A stretch of DNA of 64,000 nt, taken from an uncultured Actinomycetota bacterium. Lineage in GTDB: Bacteria; Actinomycetota; Thermoleophilia; Solirubrobacterales; Solirubrobacteraceae. Location of the stretch: the NCBI GenBank assembly GCA_963850325.1, contig CAWKLB010000006.1:91136-155135 (forward strand), given 5' to 3'. This document shows, one piece after another, positions 41,202 through 50,578 of the stretch (position 1 is the stretch's first letter; each line of letters opens with the position of its first letter). The notes below the pieces were generated by a model, which made no database searches, had not been told where the DNA came from, and worked only from the letters and a program-made list of their open reading frames with translations. A program made the translations under genes and the position numbers.

Positions 41202-41986
41202 GCCCTTCGTCCGATCCCGGCGCCCAGGCCCCGCGCACGCCGCTCATCGCGGGCAACTGGAAGATGCACAAGACGGTGGCCGAGGCCGAGGAGTTCATCG
41301 CCTCGCTGCTGCCGCGGGTGTCCTCGGCCGACGGTGTCGACGTCGCGATCTGTCCCACCTACACCGCGCTGGGAGCAATGGTGGACTCCACCCGGGGCTC
41401 GCGCGTTGCGATCTACGCCCAGAACATGCACCAGGCCGATCACGGCGCCTTCACCGGCGAGATCTCGGCGGCGATGCTCACCGAGCTCGACGTCCAGGGC
41501 GTGGTCCTCGGGCACTCCGAGCGCCGCCAGTACTTCGGCGAGACCGACAAAGCGCTGGGTCAGAAGGTGCCGGCGGCGCTGGCCGCCGGGCTGCTGCCCG
41601 TGCTGTGCGTCGGCGAGACCGAGGACGAGCGCGACAACGGCGACACCCAGCGCAAGCTCCGCCATCAGGTCCAGGAGGACCTGGCCCGGGTGGAGACTGA
41701 GCGCCTGGGCGACGTCGTCATCGCTTATGAGCCGATCTGGGCGATCGGCACCGGCCAGGTGGCGACCCTGGAGCAGGCCCAGGACGCGATCGCCTTCGTC
41801 CGGGCGCTGGTCGGCGATCGCTCTCGAGAGCAGGCCGCGCGCACCCGCATCCTCTACGGCGGGAGCGTCAAGCCCGACAACGCCGCCGAGCTCCTGGCGC
41901 TGCCCGATGTCGACGGGGCGCTGGTGGGCGGCGCCAGCCTCGACGCCGAGTCGTTCGCGGCGCTCGTCGTCGCGGCAGGCTCGTAG
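41198..41986 (+). CDS. tpiA: Triosephosphate isomerase
   Basis: AGNWKM, GHSERR, AYEPIWAIGTG. Confidence 0.97.
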
Positions 41987-41998
41987 GCGGGTCCGCGA

Positions 41999-43531
41999 GT
42001 GGCCGACGGACCGTCGGAGCTGCCGGTCGAGCGCGCCGCGCTGATCGTCCTCGACGGCTGGGGGCTGGCCGAACCCGGACCCGGCAACGCGGTGGACCTC
42101 GCCGATACGCCGGTGTTCGACGAGCTGTGGTCGCGCTTTCCCACGACGACGCTCACAGCGTGCGGCAAGGCCGTCGGCCTCCCCGAGGGCCAGATGGGCA
42201 ACTCCGAGGTCGGCCATCTCAACCTCGGGGCCGGCAGCGTCGTCATGCAGGACCTCACCCGCATCGACGCCGCCGCCGAGAGCGGTGAGTTCGCCTCCAA
42301 CGACGCGCTGCGTCAGGCCTTCACCGCTGCGGAGCGCGTCCATGTGATCGGGCTGGTTTCCGAGGGCGGCGTGCACGCGAGCATGGACCATCTGCGGGCG
42401 CTCATCGAGCTGGGGGCGTCGTTGGAGGTGCCCGACCTCGTCGTCCACGCCTTCACCGACGGCCGCGACACCGCACCCAAGTCCGGCGCCGGCTACCTGG
42501 AGACAGTCACGGGCTGGATGAACGCGGGCGGCTGTGGGCGGATTGGCTCGGTCGTGGGCCGCTACTACGCCATGGATCGCGACAAGCGCTGGGACCGCGT
42601 CAAGCTCGCCTACGACATGCTGGTCCACGGCCGCGCCGACCACCACTACGACAGCGCCGCCGACGCCGCGCGCGCCGCCTACGAGCGCGACGAGACCGAC
42701 GAGTTCATCACGCCGTCCCTTGTCGGGGAGGAGGCGCGCATCCGGCCCGGCGACTCGGTCCTGGGTCTCAACTTCCGCCCCGACCGGATGCGGGAGATAA
42801 CGCGCGCGCTGGCCGAGCCCGGCTTTGACGAGTTCGACCGCGAGGGCGGGGAGCCGGTCGAGCATTACACGGCGATGACCGAATACGAGGAGGGGTGGCC
42901 CTACCCGGTCGCGTTCCCGCCCGAGCGGCCCATGACGACGATCGCGGCGGTGATCGCGGCGCGTGGGGAGCGCCAGCTCCACGTCGCGGAGACCGAGAAG
43001 TACCCGCACGTCACGTACTTCTTCAACGGCGGGGAGGAGTCGCCCTACGAGGGCGAGGAGCGCGAGCTCGTGCCGTCCCCGCGCGACGTGCCGACCTATG
43101 ACCACAAGCCCCAGATGAGCGCCGCCGAGGCGGCCGAGGCATTCGTGACCGCGTGGCGGAAGGACCCGCCCCGCTTTGGGATCATCAATTTCGCCAATGC
43201 CGACATGGTGGGTCACACCGGCGTGATCAAGGCCGCCATCACCGCGGTGGAGACGGTGGACCGCTGTCTCGGGGACGTCGTGCAGGCGGTGCTCGAGACC
43301 GGCGGGGCGTGCCTGATCACCGCCGACCACGGCAACGCCGACCACATGCTCGAGCCCGACGGCTCGCCCAATACCGCCCACTCGCTCAACCCGGTGCCGG
43401 TGATCGTGACGGTCCCCGACCTGGATCTCCGCTCCGGCGGGGTGCTGGCCGATGTGGCGCCGACGCTGCTTGAGATGATGGGGATCGAGCAGCCGGTCGA
43501 GATGACCGGCGAGTCGCTGATCTCCGGCTGA
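41999..43531 (+). CDS. gpmI: 2,3-bisphosphoglycerate-independent phosphoglycerate mutase
   Basis: LDGWG, QMGNSEVGH, GRYYAMDRD, NFANADMVGHTG, TADHGNA. Confidence 0.97.
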   Translation: MADGPSELPVERAALIVLDGWGLAEPGPGNAVDLADTPVFDELWSRFPTTTLTACGKAVGLPEGQMGNSEVGHLNLGAGSVVMQDLTRIDAAAESGEFASNDALRQAFTAAERVHVIGLVSEGGVHASMDHLRALIELGASLEVPDLVVHAFTDGRDTAPKSGAGYLETVTGWMNAGGCGRIGSVVGRYYAMDRDKRWDRVKLAYDMLVHGRADHHYDSAADAARAAYERDETDEFITPSLVGEEARIRPGDSVLGLNFRPDRMREITRALAEPGFDEFDREGGEPVEHYTAMTEYEEGWPYPVAFPPERPMTTIAAVIAARGERQLHVAETEKYPHVTYFFNGGEESPYEGEERELVPSPRDVPTYDHKPQMSAAEAAEAFVTAWRKDPPRFGIINFANADMVGHTGVIKAAITAVETVDRCLGDVVQAVLETGGACLITADHGNADHMLEPDGSPNTAHSLNPVPVIVTVPDLDLRSGGVLADVAPTLLEMMGIEQPVEMTGESLISG

Positions 43532-44293
43532 TCAGTCCAGGACGTGGAGATAGGACGCGATCTCGCCGTCCACCAGCGCGTGGATGGCGAAGCCGGGGAC
43601 GCCGCCGCCCAGCTCGATCTCCGGTGAGCTGAAGTCGACCCGCGCCTGAACGTAGGTGCTGGGGATCGCGAGTACCGCCCGCCCGGCCAGCGTCGACACG
43701 AGCGGCTGGTGGATGTGGCCCGCCACCACGCGCCGCACCTGCGGATGGCGCCGGACGATCTCCTCGAGGGCCGCGCGATCGCCCGCGTCGAGCCCGATCG
43801 CGTCCCACGGCACGATCCCGGTGCTTGCCGGCGGGTGGTGCATGGCCAGCAGCGTGGGCTGCTCGGGCGCGTCGCCCAGTTCGCCGTCGAGCCAGGCCAG
43901 GCGCTCTGGGTCGAGCTCGCCACCGGCGCGGCCCGGGATCGAGGTGTCCAGGGCGACGAGTCGCACCGGGCCGAGGTCGGCCGAGTACTGCACCGGCGCC
44001 CCTGTGCTCCCGGGAAGCTCGAAGCGTGCGCGGAGCCCCTCCCGCAGATCGTGGTTTCCGGCGAGCACGTGGACCGGCACGGGGGAGACGGAGAGCAGCT
44101 CGTGCACGCGGTCGTACTCGTCGCTTGTCCCGTGGTCGACCAGGTCCCCGGTGACGAGCAGCACATCGGGGCGGTCCGGCAAGGCGAACACGGCGTCCAG
44201 CACTCTGGTGAGGCCCGCGACCGGGTCCGCGCCGCCCCAGTCGCCTCCGATATGCAGGTCGCTGATCTGGGCGACGAGAAACGGGGCGGGCAC
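43532..44293 (-). CDS. Metallophosphoesterase, CpdA/Icc-like phosphodiesterase
   Basis: SDLH, TGDLVD, GNHD, MHHPP, GHIH. Confidence 0.88.
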   Translation of the reverse strand: MPAPFLVAQISDLHIGGDWGGADPVAGLTRVLDAVFALPDRPDVLLVTGDLVDHGTSDEYDRVHELLSVSPVPVHVLAGNHDLREGLRARFELPGSTGAPVQYSADLGPVRLVALDTSIPGRAGGELDPERLAWLDGELGDAPEQPTLLAMHHPPASTGIVPWDAIGLDAGDRAALEEIVRRHPQVRRVVAGHIHQPLVSTLAGRAVLAIPSTYVQARVDFSSPEIELGGGVPGFAIHALVDGEIASYLHVLD

Positions 44294-44373
44294 GCGGCGG
44301 AGGCTAGCGAACCCGCCCGGGCGCGTCCTGGCACCTTCGACTCAAGCGTTCTGCGATTTAGCCGATAGAAAAC

Positions 44374-44402
44374 TTGACACTGCTAGACTTAGATTTCATA
44401 AT
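44374..44402 (+). promoter_or_regulatory. Near-consensus housekeeping sigma promoter TTGACA-N17-CATAAT for hsp20
   Basis: TTGACA 44374-44379, 17-nt spacer, CATAAT 44397-44402. Confidence 0.75.
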
Positions 44403-44454
44403 GCAGTAGCAGGTAGTTCCAAGACGTTCCCTGATCTTCCAAGTGAGGTTCTAA

Positions 44455-45006
44455 ATGGCACTTATTCGTTGGGAGCCGGGCCGCGAGCTGGGCACCATCC
44501 AGAGCGACATCAACCGGCTGTTCAATTCCTTCTTTGACACCCCCACCCGCGCGAGCGGCGCGCCGCTGCGCCGGTACGTCCCGGCGATGGACCTCGTCGA
44601 CAGCGGCGAGGCCTTCGTACTGAAGGCCGACCTGCCGGGCCTGTCGGAGTCCGACGTCAACATCGAGGTTCGTGACAACGTCCTCACCGTCTCCGGTGAG
44701 CGCAAGTCCGAGCACGAGGACCGCAAGGCGGGCTACTACCGCGTCGAGCGCAGCTACGGCTCCTTCCGCCGCTCGCTGACCCTCCCCGAGGGCGTCGACC
44801 CGGCCACAGTGACGGCGACGTTCGACAAGGGCGTGCTCGAGGTGACCGTCCCCAAGCCGGAGCAGCAGGCTCCGCGCAAGGTCACGATCACCGTGGGTGG
44901 CGCGTCCACCGACCAGGCGCAGGCGATCGAGAGCCCCGAGGAGGCTTCCGCCCCCGAGGCTCCGGCTCCCGAGGCTTCGGCCACCGAGGCGCCGGCCGCC
45001 GCGTAA
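44455..45006 (+). CDS. Hsp20/alpha-crystallin small heat-shock protein
   Basis: PAMDL...DLPG...ERSYGSFRRSLTLP...GVLEVTVPK. Confidence 0.95.
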   Translation: MALIRWEPGRELGTIQSDINRLFNSFFDTPTRASGAPLRRYVPAMDLVDSGEAFVLKADLPGLSESDVNIEVRDNVLTVSGERKSEHEDRKAGYYRVERSYGSFRRSLTLPEGVDPATVTATFDKGVLEVTVPKPEQQAPRKVTITVGGASTDQAQAIESPEEASAPEAPAPEASATEAPAAA

Positions 45007-45035
45007 TCACCTGAAGTGAGTGCCGAGCCCCCGGC

Positions 45036-45067
45036 AGGCCCGGACCGCACGAGGCGGTTTCGGGCCT
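45036..45067. terminator. Hairpin between convergent hsp20 and beta-propeller genes
   Basis: AGGCCCG-GACCGC-ACGA-GGCGGTTT-CGGGCCT stem-loop. Confidence 0.5.
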
Positions 45068-45076
45068 GACGGGGAC

Positions 45077-46294
45077 TCAGCGCATGATGCCCGTGTGCCC
45101 GAGGGAGTAACGCCCGGGCTGGGGCCAGACGGACAGGCCGTGGGGGCCCGAGCCGACCGGGATCGTGGCGCGCAGACGGCCGGTGCGCGTATCGATGGCG
45201 TAGACGACCGCGTTGTAGCGGCCGCTCAGCCACAGCGTGCTCCCGTCCGCTGATACGCCCCCCATGTCGGGGCTGGCCGGCAGCGGGAGCTGCCAGGTCT
45301 TGACGACCCGCCGGGTCCGGAAGCTCACCACCGAGACCGAGCCAGCCTGGCGGTTGGAGACGTACATGAACCGGGCATCGCGGCTGGGGTAGAGCCCGTG
45401 GGCGCCGGCACCGGTGTGCAGGAAGCCGCGCACGCGGAAGGTGGCGGGGTCGATCTCCCAGACGCCGCCGTTGATCTGGTCGGCGGTGTAGAGGGTCCGG
45501 CCGTCGGGGGAGAGCTTGACGTCCTGGGGGCTCGAGTCGCCGTGGTTGAGCACGAGCGTGCGCATCAGCGTCTGGGTGCGCAGGTCCACCTCGATCATGC
45601 GCCCGGCGAACTCGCAGCTGGCGTAGGCGTAGCGCCCGCCGGCGGAGAAGTCCATGTGGTCGACGCCCCGGCACACCGGGACCGACAGCGAGTGCACGAG
45701 CGCCATCGTCCCGGGCCGGCGGAAGTCCAGCAGCTGCAGGCGCTCGGCGACGACGATGGCAAAGCGCCCGTCGGGCGTGAAGTACAGGTTGTAGGGATCC
45801 TCGACCGGGATCGGGCGGCCCGGACGGCCGGTGCGGGGGTCGATCGGGGTGAGCGAGTTGCCCAGGTCGTTGTCGACGTAGAGCGTCTTGAGGTCCCAGG
45901 AGGGGGTGACGTGCTGGGGCAGGGCGCCGGTGGGGAACTGCGCGATGACCTTCATCGTCCGCTGACTGATCACCGAGACCGTGTTGCTCATGCTGTTGGG
46001 GACGTAGACGAGCGCGGGGTCGCCGTGGACCTGGGGGCTGAACATGCCGGCGGCGTCGGCGCGGTAGACGTTGACCGTCTCCCGGGCATCGGCCGCGGCA
46101 TCGACGGCCGCCGGGCTCGTGCGGGTCCCGGAGCGGGCGGTCGCGGTGTGGGCATCCTGGGATCGCTTGGGCGGGGGGCCGCCGCTGCCCCCGCACGCGG
46201 AGACGACGAGGCCGGCGAACACGACGAGTGCGACGAGCACGGCGAGGCTGGCGAAGCGGCGTGGCAAGGGGCCAGTGTGCCGGGCACGGGCCAA
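45077..46294 (-). CDS. YncE/YVTN-type beta-propeller lipoprotein
   Basis: Lipobox-like VSAC; repeated YVxN...V.VI / PxxxxxSPDG blades. Confidence 0.85.
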   Translation of the reverse strand: MARARHTGPLPRRFASLAVLVALVVFAGLVVSACGGSGGPPPKRSQDAHTATARSGTRTSPAAVDAAADARETVNVYRADAAGMFSPQVHGDPALVYVPNSMSNTVSVISQRTMKVIAQFPTGALPQHVTPSWDLKTLYVDNDLGNSLTPIDPRTGRPGRPIPVEDPYNLYFTPDGRFAIVVAERLQLLDFRRPGTMALVHSLSVPVCRGVDHMDFSAGGRYAYASCEFAGRMIEVDLRTQTLMRTLVLNHGDSSPQDVKLSPDGRTLYTADQINGGVWEIDPATFRVRGFLHTGAGAHGLYPSRDARFMYVSNRQAGSVSVVSFRTRRVVKTWQLPLPASPDMGGVSADGSTLWLSGRYNAVVYAIDTRTGRLRATIPVGSGPHGLSVWPQPGRYSLGHTGIMR

Positions 46295-46350
46295 ATCGAG
46301 GCTTTGCAGTCGGTGAGAATGTTCATAGCCCGCCCCGCGGCCCTGCCTCC

Positions 46351-46396
46351 GCGGCGAGCAGCGCCCGGCCTGCGCGGCGAGCAGCGCCCGGCCTGC
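46351..46396. repeat. Perfect 23-bp tandem repeat x2 GCGGCGAGCAGCGCCCGGCCTGC
   Basis: Read directly, just downstream of the cytochrome c stop. Confidence 0.8.
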
Positions 46397-46401
46397 GCGG
46401 G

Positions 46402-46722
46402 CTAGGAGTGCCCGGCCTCCACGGCCATCACGAAGTGGACCACCGCCTGCAACTGCCCGCGACTGAGCGCCCGCCGCACCGGCATCTCCGCGGCGAGCTG
46501 GTACAGCTGCGCGGGGCTGGCGTGGAAGCCCCGGAGGTCGCCACCCTGGTGGCGGGGATCGTTGTGGCCGGTCAGCGTGTGGCAGGCGCCGCAGGCCTGG
46601 TCAAACAGCACCCGTCCCTCCGAGGAGGCCGTGGCATGTCCATGGCTACCGCCACACGCGCTCACGGCCGCGCAGGATGTCAGCAGCACCGCGAGCAGCA
46701 CCGGGAGCAGCCGTCGGGTCAC
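46402..46722 (-). CDS. Monoheme c-type cytochrome lipoprotein
   Basis: CGACH heme motif; GRVLFDQAC; distal MP; lipobox-like VSAC. Confidence 0.82.
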   Translation of the reverse strand: MTRRLLPVLLAVLLTSCAAVSACGGSHGHATASSEGRVLFDQACGACHTLTGHNDPRHQGGDLRGFHASPAQLYQLAAEMPVRRALSRGQLQAVVHFVMAVEAGHS

Positions 46723-46757
46723 GGCGAGGAGCGTACGCGCCGGATAGGGTCCTGGCG

Positions 46758-48020
46758 GTGTTCACGATCGCCGCTCGCAGCCCCACCTCGCGCGCGCGGC
46801 GCGGCACGCTGCACCTGGCCCATGGTGACGTGCAGACCCCGGCGTTCGTCCCGCTGGCCACCCGCGGGGCGGTCAAGACGCTCGAGCCGCGCGACGTCGC
46901 GGCGCTCGGCTACGAGATGGTGCTGGGCAACACGTTCCATCTCTTCCTGGCGCCCGGCCACGAGCTGGTGGCCGAGATGGGCGGCCTGCACGAGTTCATG
47001 CGCTGGGGCGGCCCGATCATCACGGACTCCGGCGGCTTTCAGGTGTTCTCGATGGGCCATGGCGGCGTGGCCGACGAGATCAAGGGCCGGCGCGGGCAGC
47101 CGTCCGGTGGCTCGGCTGGCGGCTCGCGCGGTGGCTCGGGCGTGGGTGGCTCGGGCGTGGGTGGCTCCAATGGGACGATCCTGGCCATCGAAGAGGAGGG
47201 GGTCCGCTTTCGCTCCTACCTGGACGGCGGCGAGCGGTTCATGGGCCCGGAGACCTCGATGACGGTGCAGGCGGCGCTGGGCTCGGACATCGCGCTCGTG
47301 TTTGACGAGTGCACGCCGTTCCACGTCAGCCGCGACTACACGGCGCGTTCGATGGAGCGCACCCATCGTTGGCTGGGGCGTTGCCTGGACTGGCATGAGC
47401 GCCACGGGCCGGAGGGCCAGGTCGTCTACGGGATCGTCCAGGGTGGGGTCGAGCATGACCTGCGAATGGTCTCCACGGGCGCGGTCGCCGCCAGTCGCTG
47501 CGACGGGATCGCCATCGGCGGCTCGCTGGGCCAGCACAAGGCGCAGATGCACGAGGTGGTGGACTGGACGACGGCAGAGCTCGAGCGCCTGGCGCCCGAC
47601 CGGCCTCGCCACCTGCTCGGCATCGGCGAGATCGACGATCTCATCGTCGGTGTGCGGCAGGGGATCGATACCTTCGACTGCGCGATGCCGACGCGCCTGG
47701 GCCGCCACGGCGTCGCGCTCATCCCGGACCCGGACAGGCGCTGGCGGGTGGATCTGGTCAAGGGGCGCTGGCAGCGCTCGCAGGAGCCGATCATGGAGGA
47801 CTGCCCGTGCCCGGCGTGCTCGGCCGGGTTCTCCCGCGGCTATCTGCACTACCTGCTGCGCGCCCACGAGCTCACGGGCCTGCGGCTGGTGACCCTGCAC
47901 AATCTCAGCTTCATGGCGCGGGTGATGGCTGACCTGCGCGACGCGATCGCCGCCGACCGGCTCGACGAGGTGGCCGATGCGCTCCTGGCCGGAGCGGCGC
48001 CTACTTCGTGTACTTGTTGA
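46758..48020 (+). CDS. tgt: tRNA-guanine transglycosylase
   Basis: TPAFVP, LGNTFHL, TDSGGFQVFS, FDEC, GIVQGG, DTFDCAMPTR, Zn site CPCPAC...H. Confidence 0.95.
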   Translation: MFTIAARSPTSRARRGTLHLAHGDVQTPAFVPLATRGAVKTLEPRDVAALGYEMVLGNTFHLFLAPGHELVAEMGGLHEFMRWGGPIITDSGGFQVFSMGHGGVADEIKGRRGQPSGGSAGGSRGGSGVGGSGVGGSNGTILAIEEEGVRFRSYLDGGERFMGPETSMTVQAALGSDIALVFDECTPFHVSRDYTARSMERTHRWLGRCLDWHERHGPEGQVVYGIVQGGVEHDLRMVSTGAVAASRCDGIAIGGSLGQHKAQMHEVVDWTTAELERLAPDRPRHLLGIGEIDDLIVGVRQGIDTFDCAMPTRLGRHGVALIPDPDRRWRVDLVKGRWQRSQEPIMEDCPCPACSAGFSRGYLHYLLRAHELTGLRLVTLHNLSFMARVMADLRDAIAADRLDEVADALLAGAAPTSCTC

Positions 48021-49233
48021 TGATGCCGGTGAGCTGGTTGATCGCCGACTGGGCGTCGCGGGCGACCACCTTGCGGTAGTGCACCACCGTGTTGGACGTG
48101 CTGTTGGAGATCGTCACCGCCGCGATCACGATCAGCGCCAGCACCGCGACCAGGGCCAGCACCGCCATCATCCGGCGGAAACCGCGGCCGCTCCGCTGCG
48201 GCGGGGCCTGGCGCTCGGCGACGGTCTGGCGGTTGTAGGCGGCGGCCCCCTCCTGGCGCGTGGGGCGCCGCGCCGGCACCTGCCGGGGCACTCGCGTGGC
48301 CGGGGTGGGCGGATCGGGCCGGGCCACGCGGGTCGCTCCTGTTGGATCGCCGGGCACGACGCGGGTGGCGCTGGTGACAAAGCCCCGGGTCTGGGGGCTG
48401 GGGCCGGTGCCTCGGGCGCCGTCGCGCAGCGCCTCGGCCAGCTGCATCGCATCGCCCGGCCGGTCGCGCTGGTCGATGGCCAGGGCCAGCGCCACCGCTT
48501 GAGCCAGCGTGGGCGGCACATCGGGGTTGAGCTCGTCGAGCGGGATCGGCGACTCGCGCTGCTGCTTGAGCGCCAGCTCCGACAGCGACGCGGCCTCATA
48601 CGGGAGGCGGCCCGAGATGAGCTGGTAGGTGACGACCCCCAGCGAGTACAGGTCGGCCTGGGGCCCGGCCTCGTCGCCGCGGGCCTGCTCGGGGGACAGG
48701 TAGGCGGCGGTGCCGAGAACCGACCCGACCTGGGTGATGCTCGACTGGTCGACGGCGCGCGCGATGCCGAAGTCCGCGAGCTTGACGACGTCGCTGTCGG
48801 AGACGAGCAGGTTGCCGGGCTTGACATCGCGGTGCACGACGCCGTTGCGGTGGGCGTAGTCCAGGCCGCGGCAGGCCTGGGTGACGATGTCGATCGCCTG
48901 CCCCACTTCCAGGTGGCCGTGGTCGCGCAGGAGCTCGGCGCATGAGTTGCCCGTCACGTGCTCCATCACGATGAAGTGCTGGTGGTGACCGGAGTCGAAG
49001 CCGAAGTCGAACACCTGCACGATGTTGGGGTGCACGAGACGGGCCGCGGCCAGGGCCTCGCGGCGAAAGCGTGAGACGAACGTCGGGTCGTCAGCGAGGT
49101 GCTCGGCCAGGAGCTTGAGCGCGACGTAGCGCTCCAGGCGGTTGTCGAAGGCCAGGTGCACCGTGGACATCCCGCCGACGCCGAGGCGACCCTCGATGCG
49201 GTATCTGCCTGCGATGACGGTTGTGCCTGTCAT
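48001..49233 (-). CDS. Hanks-type Ser/Thr protein kinase with one C-terminal TM helix
   Basis: LGVGGMSTV, VALK, HPNIV, HRDVKPGN, DFGIA, GTAAYLSPE. Confidence 0.95.
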   Translation of the reverse strand: MTGTTVIAGRYRIEGRLGVGGMSTVHLAFDNRLERYVALKLLAEHLADDPTFVSRFRREALAAARLVHPNIVQVFDFGFDSGHHQHFIVMEHVTGNSCAELLRDHGHLEVGQAIDIVTQACRGLDYAHRNGVVHRDVKPGNLLVSDSDVVKLADFGIARAVDQSSITQVGSVLGTAAYLSPEQARGDEAGPQADLYSLGVVTYQLISGRLPYEAASLSELALKQQRESPIPLDELNPDVPPTLAQAVALALAIDQRDRPGDAMQLAEALRDGARGTGPSPQTRGFVTSATRVVPGDPTGATRVARPDPPTPATRVPRQVPARRPTRQEGAAAYNRQTVAERQAPPQRSGRGFRRMMAVLALVAVLALIVIAAVTISNSTSNTVVHYRKVVARDAQSAINQLTGIINKYTK

Positions 49234-49772
49234 TGTCCGTTGCCGCCCTGACCGGTGGCGCCGCCGCCGATGGTCCCGGTGCCGCCGATGCCGGCGCCGC
49301 CATTGGACGTAGAAGAAGTACCCGGCGTGGTCGGATTCGTTGCGGGCGGGGCGGTGCTGCTCGTCGGCGAGGTGTTCGTCGGCACCGTCGAGCTGCTCGT
49401 CGACGTGCTGCTCGATGTCGTCGTCGAGGACGTGCTGGACGACGTGGTCGAGCTGCTGGTCGAGCTGCTCGAGCTGCTGCAGTCCTTGGCGGCGAGCTCA
49501 GCCACCGTGCTGGCCCCCTGGCTGAGATTCGCCGAAAGCGTCGTGTTGATCGTCGAGGGCAGGTTGGTGACCGCGTTGGTCAGCGCCGCCGACGCGCTGT
49601 TGGCCGGCCCGCACTGATGTGCGGCTACGGCCGAGGAGACGGAATTGAGCTGGCTGGTCAGGCTGTTGTTCTGATCGGCCGAGAGCAGCCCGTTGGTGCC
49701 GCCGCAGGCGACAGCGAACGCGGCCGCGAAGCCGAGTCCGCCGGCCAGGAATGCTCTGGAGCCAAAGCCCAT
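49230..49772 (-). CDS. Ser/Thr-rich lipoprotein coupled to the kinase
   Basis: Lipobox AVAC; two further Cys; ATGA overlap with the kinase start. Confidence 0.72.
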   Translation of the reverse strand: MGFGSRAFLAGGLGFAAAFAVACGGTNGLLSADQNNSLTSQLNSVSSAVAAHQCGPANSASAALTNAVTNLPSTINTTLSANLSQGASTVAELAAKDCSSSSSSTSSSTTSSSTSSTTTSSSTSTSSSTVPTNTSPTSSTAPPATNPTTPGTSSTSNGGAGIGGTGTIGGGATGQGGNGQ

Positions 49773-49830
49773 CCGGCGCCTGACTTTAGAGGCTGGCTTG
49801 ATTTGCGTGACGTGAGGCTTAGCCGGTCGT

Positions 49831-50565
49831 CTACTGGCCGTAGAGGAGGCGCTCAGCCAGGGAGTCCGGCAGCCGCGCGGCGCGGATCGCCGCCGCCGCG
49901 CCGTCGATGTCGTACTCGGTGCGCCGGTAGACCGCCTTCCACGCGTCGAGGTCCAGCTCCATCCACGCGGCCCGCGGGTCCCCGTCCCTGGGCTGGCCAA
50001 CGCTGCCGGGGTTGACCAGCCACTCGCCCTCCCGAAGATCGAGCTCCTCGCCGTCGGCACGGGTCTGGCCGGTGGCCGGGGCGCCCGGCTCGCGGGAGAA
50101 CGACAGCGCTACGTGGGAGTGACCGATGAGCGAGATCCGCCGCGCCTGGACGTCCAGGCACAGCTCGGCCTGGAGGGGGGAGAGCACGTACTCCCAGATG
50201 GGGTCGCGGGGGCTGGCGTGATAGAGCGCGGCCGCCTCCTCGACGTTCTGGGGCTCCAAACTGTCCAGGAACTCGCGTGTCTCCGGGCTGATCGTCTGCT
50301 GCGTCCACGTGGCGGCCAGCGCCGCCCCGCGGGAGAATTGCTCGAGCGGAATCGTGCCCCGCACCCCCAGGTCGTGGTTGCCGGCCAGGCAGATGGCGGC
50401 GTGCTCGCGGGCCAGGTCCACGCAGGCGTCCGGGTCCGCGCCGTAGCCGACCAGGTCGCCCAGGCACCAGAGCTCCCGGCAATCGGTCTCGGAGATGGCA
50501 TCCAGCACGGCGTCGAACGCGTGGCGGTTGCCGTGGATGTCGGAGACGATGGCGACGCGCATCAC
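49831..50565 (-). CDS. Calcineurin-like metallophosphoesterase
   Basis: SDIHGN, CLGDLVGYG, GNHD, GHSH, NPGSVGQPRD. Confidence 0.9.
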   Translation of the reverse strand: MMRVAIVSDIHGNRHAFDAVLDAISETDCRELWCLGDLVGYGADPDACVDLAREHAAICLAGNHDLGVRGTIPLEQFSRGAALAATWTQQTISPETREFLDSLEPQNVEEAAALYHASPRDPIWEYVLSPLQAELCLDVQARRISLIGHSHVALSFSREPGAPATGQTRADGEELDLREGEWLVNPGSVGQPRDGDPRAAWMELDLDAWKAVYRRTEYDIDGAAAAIRAARLPDSLAERLLYGQ

Positions 50566-50578
50566 TACAGTCTCGCGG

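Noticed and set aside
44340-44412. HAIR or CIRCE operator at hsp20
   Set aside because: CTTGACA-N7-ACTTAGA is only a weak match to CTTGAGT-N7-ACTCAAG, and no CIRCE inverted repeat is present; only the promoter is supported
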